Shown: positions 38,683-52,829, counted from the stretch's first letter. The stretch is DNA of 64,000 bases from Leptogorgia sarmentosa (GCA_964658305.1 OZ210885.1:24304001-24368000), one strand, 5' to 3'. The notes: generated by a model not told the origin, from the sequence alone. Program-made: numbers and translations.

Positions 38683-41105
38683 TAAATATTGCTCCGTCAG
38701 TGTTCACCCGCCTAATGAAGTCGGTGGCAGGCTTCCTGCGGAAGCGGGGCATCGGTCTAGTGCTATACCTAGACGACATGCTGATTATAGGATTGTCTAT
38801 TCAAGAGACACGTCAGTTTACACAGCAGGCCATGAACCTCCTGGAATCGCTGGGTTTTGTGCTGAACAGGGTGAAGTCGGTACTAGTTCCTTCCCAGACG
38901 ATAACATTTCTCGGGTTTCGGATCAATTCCAGGACAATGCTGTTCACACTGCTACCAGAGAAGGTGCAGAAGTTACTGTATCTATGTCGGCAAATTCAAT
39001 CCACTCCGAAAGTTCTTCTTCGAACCTTGGCCCAGCTATTGGGACTCTTAGAGTTGTACCGACCAGCGGTCTGGCAAGCCCCTCTCCACTTTCGGCACTT
39101 ACAGTCTCTCCTGATCCGCAATTTACACACCCAACCCACGCACAACTACGAGGCATGGATTATTCTAGATCGTCCCTCTCGAGTGGAAGTCAACTGGTGG
39201 TGTCAGCACATAACAGAGGTCAATGGCAGTCATACCCCCCACCCCCGATCTAACAGTCTTTACGGGCGCCTCCATGACGGGCTGGGGGCGACCGAAAGAC
39301 AGTTGCACATCAACGTTCTCGAGCTGAAGGGCACGATGCTGGGAATGCAACCGCTCTTGAAGCATCAGCGGTCGAAGGTGATATCCCTCAATTCAACGGC
39401 AGTTGCCTACATCAACCACAAAGGCGGAACGCACTCACCAGAGCTCCTGAATATGACCCTGCAACTGTGGGACTGGTGCACCCAGAACGACCTTTATGTA
39501 ATTGCCTATGACGTTCCAGGGAAAACCAACATGACTGCAGATCGGGAGTCGCGGGAATTTCACGACAACAGCGACTGGATGATCGATCCGGCTGTCATCC
39601 ACCCCTTTCTAGAAGATTGTGTCACAGACCTGTTCGCCTCCCGTCTCACACATTAACTGACAACATATCAGTTTGGCGCCCAGACCCTCAGGCTATCCAT
39701 TCTGACGCATTCAGCATCAATTGGCGACATTTAGCAGGTTGCGCTTTTCCCCCATTCAATCTAGTGGCTCGGGTTCTAAACAAAGTGATCTCAGACAAAG
39801 CAGAAATTGTCCTGGTGGCCCCAATTTAGCAAGCTCAGCCATGGTGGCCCCTACTCCTCAGCCTCCTGGTCCAGCCTCCAGTCTGTCTGCCGACGACGGC
39901 CAGGCTGTTGACCGACCCGACCAATCCACAACAGACGCACCCGATGTTTCCACGCCTACACCTGGGCGTGTTCCATATCTCGAGCAACGACAACGTTCAG
40001 CACTGTCGTCCAGCCATCCGAAAATCGATGGATGCCCAGTCGGCCAACACCTGTATCTCCTTAATCTGATGAAAGGCATTCTTAACACGCGGCCCCCAAG
40101 ACCGCAATATTCCCATACCTGGGAGGTTCGTCGTGTCACAGCATATATAAAACAGATGGGCATCAATTCTTCTTTATCGTTGAAACAACTGTCCCTCAAA
40201 CTGGCCACCCTACTAGCCATCACCTGCCCTAAGCGTGTGTCGTCTCTCGCGAAACTTGACATCAACCATTACCGGAGTCTTCACCCTGACTACACCCACC
40301 AAAACATCCCGTCCAGACGAGATGGTTACGGCTTTCTTTGCTAGGTTCTCAGAAGACGTCGTTTTGTGCCCAGTGGAATGTCTTAAGTTGTACCTGACAG
40401 TCACGAAACCCTTCAGGAAGTTGACAAGTGGCAATCCCAACAGCCTCTTTATTTCCTATATAAAACCGCATGGGGCAGTGTCCACTGCTCACTGTTAAAG
40501 GAGGCGGGTATAGATACGTCTGTCTTTAAGACGCATTCAGTCCGAGGAGCAGCTACCTCAGCAGCAGCGAATGCCTTTGTCCTCCTACAAGAAATTCTTC
40601 GCATGGCAGATTGGTCAAGTGCATCAACTTTCCAACAATTTTATTATCGACCAGTCAATTCAGCAAATTTTGGACATGCAGTACTGTCCTAAACTATGGT
40701 TCTTATTACTATTGATGTTGTTAACGAAGGTGTAAAGATTTATGTACAGGAAGTCAGTAAACACATTTAACTCCCTTCGTTGACTCATTGTGGTGTTAAA
40801 ATCTACCGCTTGTCGTCTCGTATATTTCGACCGGAGTTCACGAAATATAATTCCAATTATACAAGGGCTGTAAGCCTGACGGTATAATTGGGGTTATATG
40901 AGTGAACGAAGGGAGAACTCAGACTCTCAGGATACCTTCAGGATCAATAATCGGTCTACGGTTTATCAATGGGGGAGATTTCGGAAGCTTCTTTCTGCTC
41001 TTTATGCACTGGATCTCATTCTCGAATGATTCGTTCTGCACGTTGCTTATGATCAGCAGTTGAGCACGTCTTCTTGCTTCGACAGTTGATGGTTTGCCTT
41101 GCGTC

Positions 41106-41540
41106 GCCATTTTTTTTCCGGAGACAGTCGGTAGCATCCTTGATGGTCGGTAGCATCATCGACTTTTTATTCGGGAAATTTTCGACTTTAGTAAAACTCC
41201 ATTTATTTTTACGAAATAAACCAAACCCAAACAGTAAACCTGACCCTAACCTTATAACAGTCTAACCCTAAACAGTATAAAGCGAGGAAAAATGTCTTCA
41301 TTTAAAAAATTTTTGAAAAAAATAAACAAGTCTTCCGGCGAGAAGAAATTCCAGTCCCACCGCGCTTCGGTTTGTTATGTGATGCGCTCCTTACCGAAAG
41401 CGCTAGCAGCCAGCTTGCCGAAAGCATACCGTAAGCAAACAGTTTTATATTAGGCTGCCACTTTGTGACTGCCGGTCACATCTAAATGATGCTACCGACC
41501 ATCAAGGATGCTACCGACTGTCTACGGAAAAAAAAATAGC
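41106..41540. mobile_element. MITE with ~55-bp TIR and 6-bp TSD
   Basis: tgcgtc|gccattttttttccggagacagtcggtagcatcc ... ggatgctaccgactgtctacggaaaaaaaaatagc|tgcgtc. Confidence 0.8.
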
Positions 41541-41675
41541 TGCGTCGCCACTCCAGCACTACGGCGTTGCAGTCTTTGTCCAACAAGAGAATCGAAGAGT
41601 GCTCTTTGGTGTGTGCGGTTAATCTCAGAGCGGTAGTGGCGACGGCTGGCGACAATGTGTTGCCGAATAGGTGTA

Positions 41676-41823
41676 CAGTACTGTGCAAAAGTTATAGGCA
41701 CCTCGTGAAAAAGCATTTGACACCATCTTATTGTAAACTTATCGTATAAGTTTACAATAAGTTTACAATAAGATGGCGTCAAATGCTTTTTCACGAGGTG
41801 CCTATAACTTTTGCACAGTACTG
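41676..41823. mobile_element. 148-bp palindromic Tc1/mariner MITE with TA TSD
   Basis: ta|cagtactgtgcaaaagttataggcacc...ggtgcctataacttttgcacagtactg|ta. Removal restores MKVHLFGN. Confidence 0.92.
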
Positions 41824-44800
41824 TACTTTCATCCGGTATTCGACTAGGTCTTGATTTGGATCGTTCTCTGTAAATGCGACCGGGCCAGTGCGAAAATGCA
41901 GGAGGATTCCTATCAAGCTGTTTGTGAGATCTGGCCCAGAGAGCAACATTTTGTTCAGAGAGATTCCATGGGATTCCGCTGCCGAATCGAAGACAACACG
42001 GATTTTTCTGGGTTTTCGGGGGTGGTACACACTGAAGTGGGGGAGGTACCACCGCGTAGCATAGCAGTTCAGGTCTTTGTTAGGCACTGGTTCGGCGTGG
42101 CCATTCTCAAGGAGCCTTCTCATGAATTTGTGATAATGTTCTTTCATATCAGGCTTTCTCTGTAGCATCTTTCTGGTGTTATTAAAGCGTTTGAGTGTGT
42201 CCTCTCTGGTGTGTGGAAGGTTTGGCACTGGATTTCGAAATGGTAGTGGAGCCTCCCAGTTTCTCCCGAATCTGCATTCTTCGTCATTTGGGTTTCCATG
42301 ATTGATGCGAATTTGAGATCTTCGATCGATTGTCCCGGCTTGTTGTCGTCTTTCCAGGTGGCAAAAATGTTTTGGCCGATGCCTTCTTCGAAGTAACCGT
42401 TTTGTATTCTTTCCATGCTGGATTGGAGATTGGAGCTGCATGGAAGAGAATAGGACACGGTGCTAGGATCGAGGGGCGTCCATTGCCTAGGTTGTTGGTC
42501 TTGTAACAGGCGAGGTCGGGCTTGTGGGCTCCGTTCAGGCAGGCATTGCCGACTATTACCCAGCCAAGGTCTACGATCAGAGACTTGTGGACTTTGTGAA
42601 GGGGTGGAGCATCACGGCCGATTAGCAGCAGAATCTTAGGCATCGTTACATATGTTAGGTATTTGTTTGGAGATACGACGCAAATGTGGGTGGGCTCTAG
42701 CTACCTCTGGAGTTGGTATCTCTTCCTGTGAATCTGGTATGTTGTCACATTCCACGACGCTGGGGATGTGGCATGCTTTCGTCCCTTTGAGGGCTTCCAC
42801 GAACAATTGCTTGACATATCTTCCCACAATTTCGTTGCTTCCGGCACATGTCTTCAGCCTGTAGGTGGTTGTTTGTCCGTGGATGTTCAGTGCGTCGAAG
42901 AGTTCGGGTTTCGCGAGAGAACTGTTGCTTTGGTCGTCTATCACTACGTATGCTTTTAGCTTGTTTTCAGGGTGCCCACACAGGTAAACGTTGGCCAAAG
43001 ATATCTTGGAACACGATTTCCTGCCAAGAGTATTACCGCAAAGTTCCATACATTCTGTGGTTATTTCTTCTTGGTTCTTTCTCGTGGGTTTACCTGGTCC
43101 TTGTGAGGGCTCCACGCCGTTCTTTGGGTGGGTTTCGGTGTGTAGTGGTGCTAAGTGCTTGACGCTACCGCATTCCGAGCAGACGATGTTGGCCTTGCAA
43201 TCTTTGGGAACATGTTCGCGAGAGGCAATACAACAGAAGCAAACACCGTTTTCTTTCACTATTTTCGTTCTTTCGGCAAATGCTTTGGCCAGGAAAACTC
43301 TACATTTTCTTAAGGGGTGCGGCTTTTGATGTATAAGGCACCAGTTGGATGGGTCGCGGGGCGTGGTTTCTCCAGTGTTGTCGGCATCAACTTCTATTTT
43401 CTTGGTTGATCCCACGTATCATGGCTTTGAAGGATTCTCACCAGGTGCGGTAGTTTCGTGGGTTGTTGTCGAACATCTGCAGTTTGTTTGCGATTAATTC
43501 GCGTCTGGCCATGAATTGAATGTAAGGGTCGATAGGGTTAAGGGCTGAGTTCGTCACACGATTCAGTTGTTGTGGGATGAATGTGTGCGCTGCGGGGTCT
43601 ATGGTGGGTAATTTCCTTTCGCTGGAATCCGAGTAGGCTACGTTTTCTTTGTTACTCGCACCGGGTTGACCGTCACCATCGATTTTGCATCACATACTGG
43701 TGGGTCCTTTCGCTAGGCTCCTTGCTAGGTAGGTTTATAGTTTCTAGTCCGCCTAGATTGAGTTCTTCGTCAATAGCTGGGGCCTTAGCGACTGCGATTT
43801 CAGCTTCTTCTTGTAGGCGCAGGGCCTCCATTCGGGCCTTTTCCCCCAATTTCCTTTGATTCAGAGCGAATTCTTGCTTTTGTAGTTCTAGTGCAGATTG
43901 GGATTCGCGTAATGATTGCCATTTTTCGATTTGGGCTTGCTTTAGTGCTGCGGCAGCTTCGGCCTTAGCGAGGGCTCTGGCTGTTGTAGAGGACATAGAG
44001 GAAGCACGCGAGCTTCTCGAGTGTCTGGACGAGCTGATTTCAAGAAAGAGTTGGGTTTTACGCTCGTTAGCTTCATTTATGGCCGATTGAATGTACTGAC
44101 TACGGTTTTCTAACAGTTTACGTGTTGTTTCGTAGTCCTGTTGGTAGTGGGAATCGTCCAAGCCTGCTAAGAGTTTGATAAAGGCCAAGGACACCATCTG
44201 GTATTCGTGAAGTTGTGAGCGAACTTCTGACAGATGGTATTTAATTTGGTCTAGCGAGTCGGGTGTATTTGGCAATTTAGACACGATTTGCACTATATTT
44301 CAGCAACGTTTATCCAATTTAGTCTTGTCAGATTGGATTCTGTTCTCTATACAGTTTCCTGTTGGTTTTATGGACCTTTTAGGGCGAGTGTGTGTCTCAA
44401 TATCCGTCTAGTTCTCGTTTGAGAGTATGTTTATAGTCTCGTTTTGGGGTTCTTTCTCTGTATTTTCGTTATTTTGTGATACAGTTTCATCTCTATCTCG
44501 TACCTGTCCATCCTCTAAGGTCTTGGGTTCGATGGAATGACATCCGGACTGCGATGGAAGGTTTTCTTTGGTATTTGAGGCCGTTTTCGTAGCGTTCTCA
44601 GCCATGCCACTAAGTACGGCCGATATTCTTTGATGGTATTGTGCTAAAATAGTACACTTTTTTACTGTACTTGCTCCTTGTAACAACAAAAACCACAATA
44701 GTTCTTTATCCTTTTATTGTATATTTTTTTACCGTAAAAGTGTGGACTTCTAAGCGTGACAAAGGCACAGAATCCCCGGGTCTAATCCCCCGTCAAATTA

Positions 44801-45675
44801 CGGTAGCCAATAAGAGGCATTGTGGCGATAAAATGCCGCAAAATCAACAACAACGAGTTTTTGAAGTACTGCTCGGGCCGAATGGGCCAGAACACCTATC
44901 ATTCATAAGGGTTTTTTTAAAAAAAGTGTGCAGTTATAATATTCACTAAACAAACGATAGTGCAATATTTGTATAAAATTTCAGCTACAGTAGCTACACC
45001 CTCTATCACATTATATTATGTATTACAGTCTATTATGTGTAACTGTATATAACATTATGAAATGTTTAGAATGCAATAATAATAATAATTATTCTAATAA
45101 TTATCTTTCTTGAAGCAGGAAATGTGTTGCCGAAAAGCACTATAATCCAAGCATCCATAAAAATTGATTTGTAATAACGCAACTAAATGCAAGTTTAAAT
45201 TAAGCCAGACGCGTAAAATCCAGTTTTCAGACTTGCACGTTCCGTGCACTAAATGCCTCAGCACTTTACTAGCCTGTACATATGGCGTGTTTTTACTGTC
45301 AAAATTCAATACTTTGAAATCGAACATAAACATCACAAATCGACCGAGGCTTTGCCGAAACGAACGGACTACCTCATACTTCACCCATTCGAATCGATCA
45401 ATCCTTTCCGTAATCGAATGGGTTCGAGTGTCGTGCAATAGAGCAGGTGTTTGCAACTTCCACTCGCGTCGAACAATACACACTCGCATCGAATCGTTCA
45501 ATGCTTTCTCGAATCGAATCGATCATCAATCAACACACTTCAATATCTATTTGAACGTGTTTCCACTTCACTTAAAACATTCCCGTTCAGTTTTCCTTGA
45601 GGTTTTCCCCATCAATTATTTCCTTAAAATGTGGAATATTATTTCTGTTTCGGCCTCCTTTGATATTTCTCTAAA

Positions 45676-47370
45676 TATGGAATGGAGGAATTCAAAAGGG
45701 ACATCCTTAGCAATTAATAATAAGGATAGCAGTTGTCGATTAAATGCGAAACCACATGTTCGATTTGAAGGAGAGGAGGGTGTCAGCAGTGGTCCAGTTA
45801 GGGAGTTCCTTCTATGTGCTATGAAAATTGCCCAAGATGGTATTGGCGGAAGTAGACGTCCGGTAATATTCTTTTAAGGTGAGAAAGATCACATTGTTCC
45901 AATCCACGACCAAACGTTGCGATGCACAGGATCATTCAGGGCAATCGGGCGGATAATTGGTCACTCATTCATTCATAATGGTCCACTACTTTAGCTGTGA
46001 AACGTTATTGGGTGCTAACGGCTGGCAATAATAACAATGATATGACTTTGGTAACTCTTCCTGCCAGCATTGTTATTTCTGAGGTCCCGGATGTTGATTT
46101 AAGAGGATATATACAACAGGTAAACTTTTGTTCACATTATACTTGTCACAGAATTGTTGGAAACCAGTCATTTACACCCAAATAAGAACTAAATTAGTGA
46201 CTAACAAGAATGTTTATATAGAGAAAATAGCGATAATACATAAAATACTAATGCTACAAGTGCCAAGTGTCCGGCATATTGTGACCCCACGTCTCGGGCA
46301 CAGCTAGCCCAAATTAGTCCTGATTTGTGACAATATTACTGTGTGTTCGTGTTATTCTTACTACCACAGTTGACACAAACTCCAAAATTTAACTTGCAGC
46401 TGCATAGGTATCTTACACTTTATTATTCACATAGCTTGAAGACCTTGTTCCAGATGCCGAGATACCGTCTGACCTGAAAGAAGTCATCATTCCTTACCTT
46501 TTCGAGGCAGGCCTAGATTTGGGTGCTTTAAATGCCAATCCAAAGCATGTAATTCAATGCATCATGGTACATTTTGTCATTTACCAGAGGAAACGTGAGT
46601 TGGATGATATAGCAAAAGGTTAGCAATCAGTAAATTTAAATGCATTGATGCACTGCCTTAGCCCCCAACCCCACTTTCTGGTCACAGTACAATTAGTACC
46701 TTACTAACTATTAGATATTTCAATAAATTTAAGAACTATTTTAAAATTTAAAAAATTAAGAGCTTGCTTTGTTGATACAGTTTTCAATGATGTTGCATGT
46801 TTATTTTTGTTGAAAGGAATGGATGAAGTTGGATTGCATCATTTCCTTGGAAAGTGTGAGTCAAAGGTTATAGTCCATCTTCCCAATGACCGAGCAGCTC
46901 TTCATCTCATATGAAGAATTCATAGAGGTTATGATCTTTGAAGACACTGAAGGCCATGAGCAAACAATCACTTACCGGCACAATTATTTGGCTTATTTGT
47001 CAAAATATGAACCAGGTATAATATTGTATGGATGCCACAAATATGATGTTACTTTTGTTAATGCAACAAAAAACCTGTTAATATAGTATTATATAGTATA
47101 AAACCCAAATTTACAGTATTATAGATTTGCTATATATAAAAAGATGTTACTTTACTGAACAATTTTTACTAATTTTTAGGTCAGCCCTCTCTAACAGACT
47201 TGTGTTGCTTCTGGACAGCAACAAATACACTCCTCCACAAGCTCGACTCTGCTGGTTAAGTTTGACGATGGCAGCTCCGAACACCAACTGCTGAAACATG
47301 TTTCAATAGTTTGACTCTTCTCAACGCACACAGAGCACTGATATATTGTTCAATGGGGATAGATGTGTGA
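45676..47370 (+). pseudogene. Intron-containing HECT-domain E3 ligase
   Basis: PHVRFEGEEGVSSGPVREFL, FRAIGRIIGHSFIHNGP, QRKRELDDIAKG, GMDEVGL, FWTA, and PTAETCFNSLTL with the catalytic Cys. GT-AG introns; stops present. Confidence 0.75.
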
Positions 47371-47509
47371 TTTGTACAATAAGTGATTTGCACAAGAGCA
47401 CACTATGATGTTGTTATTAATATTAATACGTATTTAATTAATATTAATACAAACATTAAAAAAATTATTTATAATAATCACGAACGAATGTGTGTTCTTA
47501 CAAATTCTT

Positions 47510-49479
47510 TCACTTCAGTATATATATCAATTCGTATGAATTGCTTTCACGTAGCAGGTTTATGGAGTGAGATAGTTCATGATAATCCACTTGGGATAAT
47601 GGACAGTTTGTTTCGGGAACTAAGACTGCCTCAACATCCACATCTGCCTCAGCAGATGCGCCCATCCCAATCAATGCCATATTCTTCAAATTCCTCCTGC
47701 AAAGTAATATACCCGTAATCAATTTATAGATGCAGATAACAAAATGCCAAAAACAAGATTACATGTTCAGAAAAACGTGAACTTTTTCAAGTAAAACTGT
47801 AAACAAAGCTGACCTGACTGCTAGGAGATTGAACTAAATGCTTAAAATCATCTTTAAATTAATCTTCAGATTACTTACCAATGTATTTGGTTCATACAAA
47901 TCACAAATAGCCACATGCCCTGAATTTCTATACTCGATCAGCCCCAGGATGTATAGCTGCATAGGTGTTCTATTGCCAGCAGTTCGAATACGGTGTTGAA
48001 ATCTCTTGTCTCCAAATTTCCAAATGTCCATTTATCCTTGGAATATAAACATAGTGCAACAAGAAGATATCTTCTGTGTTTGAGGAGTCGAATGTGCCAT
48101 TATCTTCCAAATGATAAAACAGGTGGTAATAGATGTAGGTGACACCTTCGAATAAATCATGCCATAATCTCTCGATTCTTTGATTGTGCACACTTCTACC
48201 AGTTATCATACTGCCTCTACCAGGTCTGTAAAGGATGTTGTAACATATAAAGGGAAACAGAAGTATTTTCACCTCCTTTGTCAGACCTCACTCTTGATAG
48301 GAAACCATATTCATGAACAGCATTCTCAAAGCAACCTAGAACTGTTTCAGCACGATTGTTATCACTGCATTTTAAGTACACAGGAATTCTTGTGTAACCA
48401 TCAATTCCTCCATGTATAACCATTCGCCACCTAAAAAAGCACAAAGATGGATTAAATATTGAATTCTCTTACATGTATTTCTCTATGGTCATATTAAGCA
48501 TTACATAATGCATGTATGTATGTATTGTAGTTTATCTTGTAATTTTATTAACTAATTAATAACTTCTAAGTATTACAAATATAAGGTCCTCTATATTCGT
48601 GTTCGACTGCTGCTTTATATATCTGCTCCAGAGTCATTATCATAACAATGTCAAACTGGGCGTATGAATATATTAACTATATTACATGTATTACATTAAT
48701 ATATTATGTATATAATGCTTTTAAGCATTATTACTATTATTATTAATGCACATCAGACTTGTATGATAATATATATTTTTGGAAAGAATTTGATTTACCT
48801 GATTAATTTGTGATTTCCATCAATGTGCCATAATGCTAAAGGACCAGAAACCCTGTATTGTCTTCTGGGTGTCAATCTCGGCCATCTTAGAGCTACTCCT
48901 TGTGGATTAACCCTCTGCATGGATTCCCGAACTCGCATTTGCGAAGGTCTTAGCCCGTTAAGAACTAGTTGAGATATGACTCTTCGGTATCCTGCATTGG
49001 GAAACTCCTGCAAAACCTCAGTATTCTTCTCATCTAGCTCTTCATCTGACATGAGATTGGTATGTCTAATTTGCAATCCATTATCACGCATTCATCTAAA
49101 TATCGTGCTTTGTGAGACTCCTAATGCACATGCTATATCCTTAACTGAAAACTGATGGTTAAGAAAATAGTTCAATTGTTCACCACTAATTTCAAAGCTC
49201 GGTCGGCCTCTTCTTCCTGAATGAATACTCCCCGCAACAAAAGGTGTGTCCATATTGAATTCATCCACTCCTTGCAAACAGCATAATGCTTGTGAGACAA
49301 CACTGGATTTCATTGTCAATGACACCAACACCATAGACATGTAGTATATGGGAGGTAATTTGTTCCAGTCTTAATGAAATACTACTCAGTTGTTCAGAAT
49401 CGAAATTTTCCAATTGCGCCAAAATATCCAGCAGTGACTCCCGTATATGGGCTCTCAAACTTTCTTGATCTTGATTCAT
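47510..49479 (-). mobile_element. Intron-containing IS3-like DDE integrase/transposase (IS3EU-type), pseudogenised
   Basis: RGRPSFEI, IACALGVSQSTIFR (HTH), [25 protein letters not shown] across an intron at ~48797-48431, RSDKGGEN and SVHNQRIERLW. Confidence 0.85.
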
Positions 49480-51470
49480 CGACTAAAATAATACAATATA
49501 AAGTCAATAACCTATAGTACCATAAATTGACTAAGAGAGCTTTTGTGGATAGCCAGATCTACGCATGTTCTTGAGGTGCTTATCATACAATCACAGTGCT
49601 TATCCCCTGTCGTGTATGTTTCTGCATGTGGTTGTATTTGGCAAATCTACTTATTTCCGCAGGTTCTGCATGTTCTGCTATGGAGCTATTATATAGCTCC
49701 ATAGCGAAACATGCTCAGCTATTTCCATGTTTTTCAAGATTGAGGTATCTACGAATTAATTCAAATGACCACTGTGATACCAACCAATCATACACTGCAC
49801 TACCTTAGTAAATTGTTCATAAAAAATAAATAATTCATACCTTTTTGATCGGAAATCTCGCACACACGTCTTGCCTCGTGGTTTGGATGTTTTGAGAGAA
49901 ATATCAAAGGAGGCCGAAATGGAAGTAATATTTCATAAACGAGTGCGAGTGTTTATCAGGGTTTCCAAAAACATGAGGCCGGTACGGCCTAAGTGGTTTC
50001 TTTTGTCTTGAGTGTTTTACTTACTCGAGAGAACAATAAAGAAAATCGCGCGGTGAACAGTTGAGTTAGTTCTATTATTCTCAAGTGTTTGGAAACCCCG
50101 GTAAGACACGAGTCACAAGTTCATGAAATAACAGGCAAAACAATAGTATATTATTGTGGAATTCCCTAATTAGTTTTCATTGTTCTGCCTGTTTTTATAA
50201 TTTAGAAATGTTGTAATGCACTCTTTTTTCTGTGTAAGCGTTTATTATCTAATTTCTTAATTATTAAATCAATTGTTGGTTTATTACCGGGGTTTCACAA
50301 CTCATGCACGTGACAAAATGTGTGTTTTCGATTGGTGTATTTCCTCATGAATTATTAATGAGTTTGAGAAATAATATTCCACATTTTAAGAAAATAATTG
50401 ATGGGGAAAACCTCAAGGAAAACTGAATGGGAATGTTTTTTTGGAAATCTTGGAAAATGTAGCAGGTGGGAAATTTGTTGCGCATGCGTCAAACGTGACT
50501 TGTGTGGGCTCCATGAACTAATATCGCGCGCGGGATCTTTAAAATTTGTAAACAAAAACATGAGCGGGATTTTTTTCTCTTGTGCCTCGTTTCTTTGGCT
50601 GTTTTTATCGCTGTTTTTGCAGTTGCAAATAGGAAGGACCTTTATTGTGCCGTATGCGGCAAATGCTGCAAAAAGAATTAAATTCTGCAAGGAATAGCTT
50701 CCGCAAAGCGCTGTTTTTGAGAGCTTTTTCGGTGTATCCTACGACGAGACAGGGATATTATGCTCTACCTGTCGAACTTTAAAGGCGAAATTCAACTTGA
50801 AGGGCAATTTTTCCCTCAAAACGATTAGGTATTTATTTTTCCTACCTATCCAGAGAATTCAAAAATAGGATCAAAATTTTGGAGATTTCGGTTAGATTTT
50901 TTACAATTTTCCCGAGTTTCGACCCAATTTAATTCCTGATTGAGACGAGAAAATATAGCGAGATATAGTTTAAAATATTTTTTGTTCTAAAAGGAGTAAC
51001 GGTTTGATTTCTTTACACAAGTATTAATACATTAGTACCAGAAACTAGATAAAAAAATGAACCAACTACATCCAATTGATTCGCTATCGTTCGTCTTGAT
51101 ATGGCAGACATCAAAATTCAACCGATATGCAATGTTTGACATGGATTCCATGAATTTGGTCGGAAGGGCAATTTTCATATCAACAAAATGCTGTTTATCA
51201 AAAACAACAAACAATGAGAATATCAAATTTAGTAACAAAACTTTGGAGATTTCGTCTAGATTTTGAGCTTTCGAAGCTCGCCCGCCATACGTCTGTCTTG
51301 GGTCTATAACGTCAACAGATGCGAAGCAATCTAAACTTTTGCTCACCCTGAACAAACGTAGAATTAGATGGGAAAAACGGAAGCAAAAGTGGCACATGAA
51401 GTTGTAAGAAACATATTATAAACCTTTTCCAGTTTCATACACCCACAAGTGGCAGTGAATCTTTCCTTAA

Positions 51471-52829
51471 AGGACATTGGCACTAAAAATTTTTATTGGC
51501 AATATCTTTCAAGCTTGCCTACGGAATACTTAATTCGTATTTTCACTTGTCTTAATCGTTTATTTCGTGAGAAAATTGTAGAAATGTTTGACGCTTGTCC
51601 GCCATTCCCCGTATGCTAATTTATTCATGAATACATTTTGTGACGTCAGTAGGGTTTCGGGCAAAACAACAAACTAAGATACACTGCAGAATGCAGATAA
51701 TTGCGTTCTAAACACAACTGTGCAACGAAATTGCCAAAGCATTATGAGTTACAATATCAAATAATAATAGTACTGCAGACTGCTAATATTTTAACGACAG
51801 TGCCATGTGTAAACGGGTATAATATTCGATTTCTTGCTTTCCTTTATGCGAGAGTCGAGACAAACACATCGGCTATCAGCTTTCAAAATACGTCAAAATA
51901 CACACAGACACATATTATTGTAGAATTGAGAAGAACATTGGTGCGCAACCACAAAGAAAGTAAATAGGAAAGATTAGCATAGAGTGCGTAATTGCGATAT
52001 AGCGCGTCTATAAGAGTCACAAAAACAAAAATCGGAAAAAAACACTTAGCATGACCAAGGGAAGGAATGTTGATATCAAGCAATCATGTGAAGTTGTAGC
52101 ACTACGGCCTCTTAATATTTTAAGGACAGTATTACAAAATAATAAATGTGTATATATTCGATATCATGCATTTTTTTATATATACAAGAGTCGAGACAAA
52201 GATATTAGCTATCGGGCACAGAAGCGCAAGTTGCGTATATTATAATATACTTGGTCTGGAACTTGTAGAATTAAAAATTACGTGGGTGCGCAACCACGGA
52301 GCAAGTAATAGGAAAGATTAGCATAAAGTGCGTAACTTGAGCAGAGCATCATATTCGTCGTACTCTAGAGCCTTCTCGTGACAACAGAAACATTCGAAGG
52401 CACAATGTCCACATTTGCACCAACTCGAAGATTCGCGGCGCCAAGCATTCGCTATTTCGAACTCTTCAAATTACTAGCATTTGCTCCCGCTTCTGGCTCA
52501 ATATGGTACGGCCTATTTGGTTCTCATGAATATTTTCCATTATTATAATCAAAAAGGCAATAATTACTTGAGAAAAGCTGTCCGACGCAAATATGAACTA
52601 TAAAATTTATATACTGTTGTTTTGATCTTACCCTACTAATGACGTCAAACAGGTCATATTACCAAAAGATAATTTTTCCAAAATGGCGGACGATTTATGT
52701 ATTTTGGGCAGAATTAAACGCATATATCTTGCAAACTAAAATATTTCGTGAGGAATTATTACCAGATTCATTGTTAGATAGTACAACACGTTTGAAATAG
52801 CCAATAAAAAATCTTAGTGCCAATACCCT
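51471..52829. mobile_element. Kolobok-like non-autonomous element with TTAA TSD
   Basis: ttaa|aggacattggcactaaaaatttttattggc ... gccaataaaaaatcttagtgccaataccct|ttaa. Confidence 0.75.

Larger units (their letters stand above)
36134..40917 (+). mobile_element. DIRS retrotransposon (gag, RT/RNase H, methyltransferase-like, tyrosine recombinase), degenerate
   Basis: FYSRLFLIPKKDG, LDLKD, LPFGL, YLDD, HINVLEL, DLFASRL, AFPPF and YR motif HSVRGA. Terminal complementarity 36143-36190 vs 40805-40852. Confidence 0.9.
40918..44700 (-). mobile_element. BEL/Pao LTR retrotransposon, deleted and frameshifted
   Basis: Gag zinc knuckles (CLIH..HPL..C, CFCC..H..C, C..C...H), protease YVVIDDQS, RT WYLPHFSVYHP.KP.KIRVVFD and MKVHLFGN, and DPEGILRV. 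Confidence 0.9.

Noticed and set aside
41328..41412. tRNA-like segment inside a MITE
   Set aside because: No convincing cloverleaf or intact A/B boxes.
45094..45877. 237-aa and 135-aa ORFs, with counterparts at 53225-53701
   Set aside because: Chance frames in a repeated non-coding arm; only the last ~45 codons of the 237-aa ORF are HECT.
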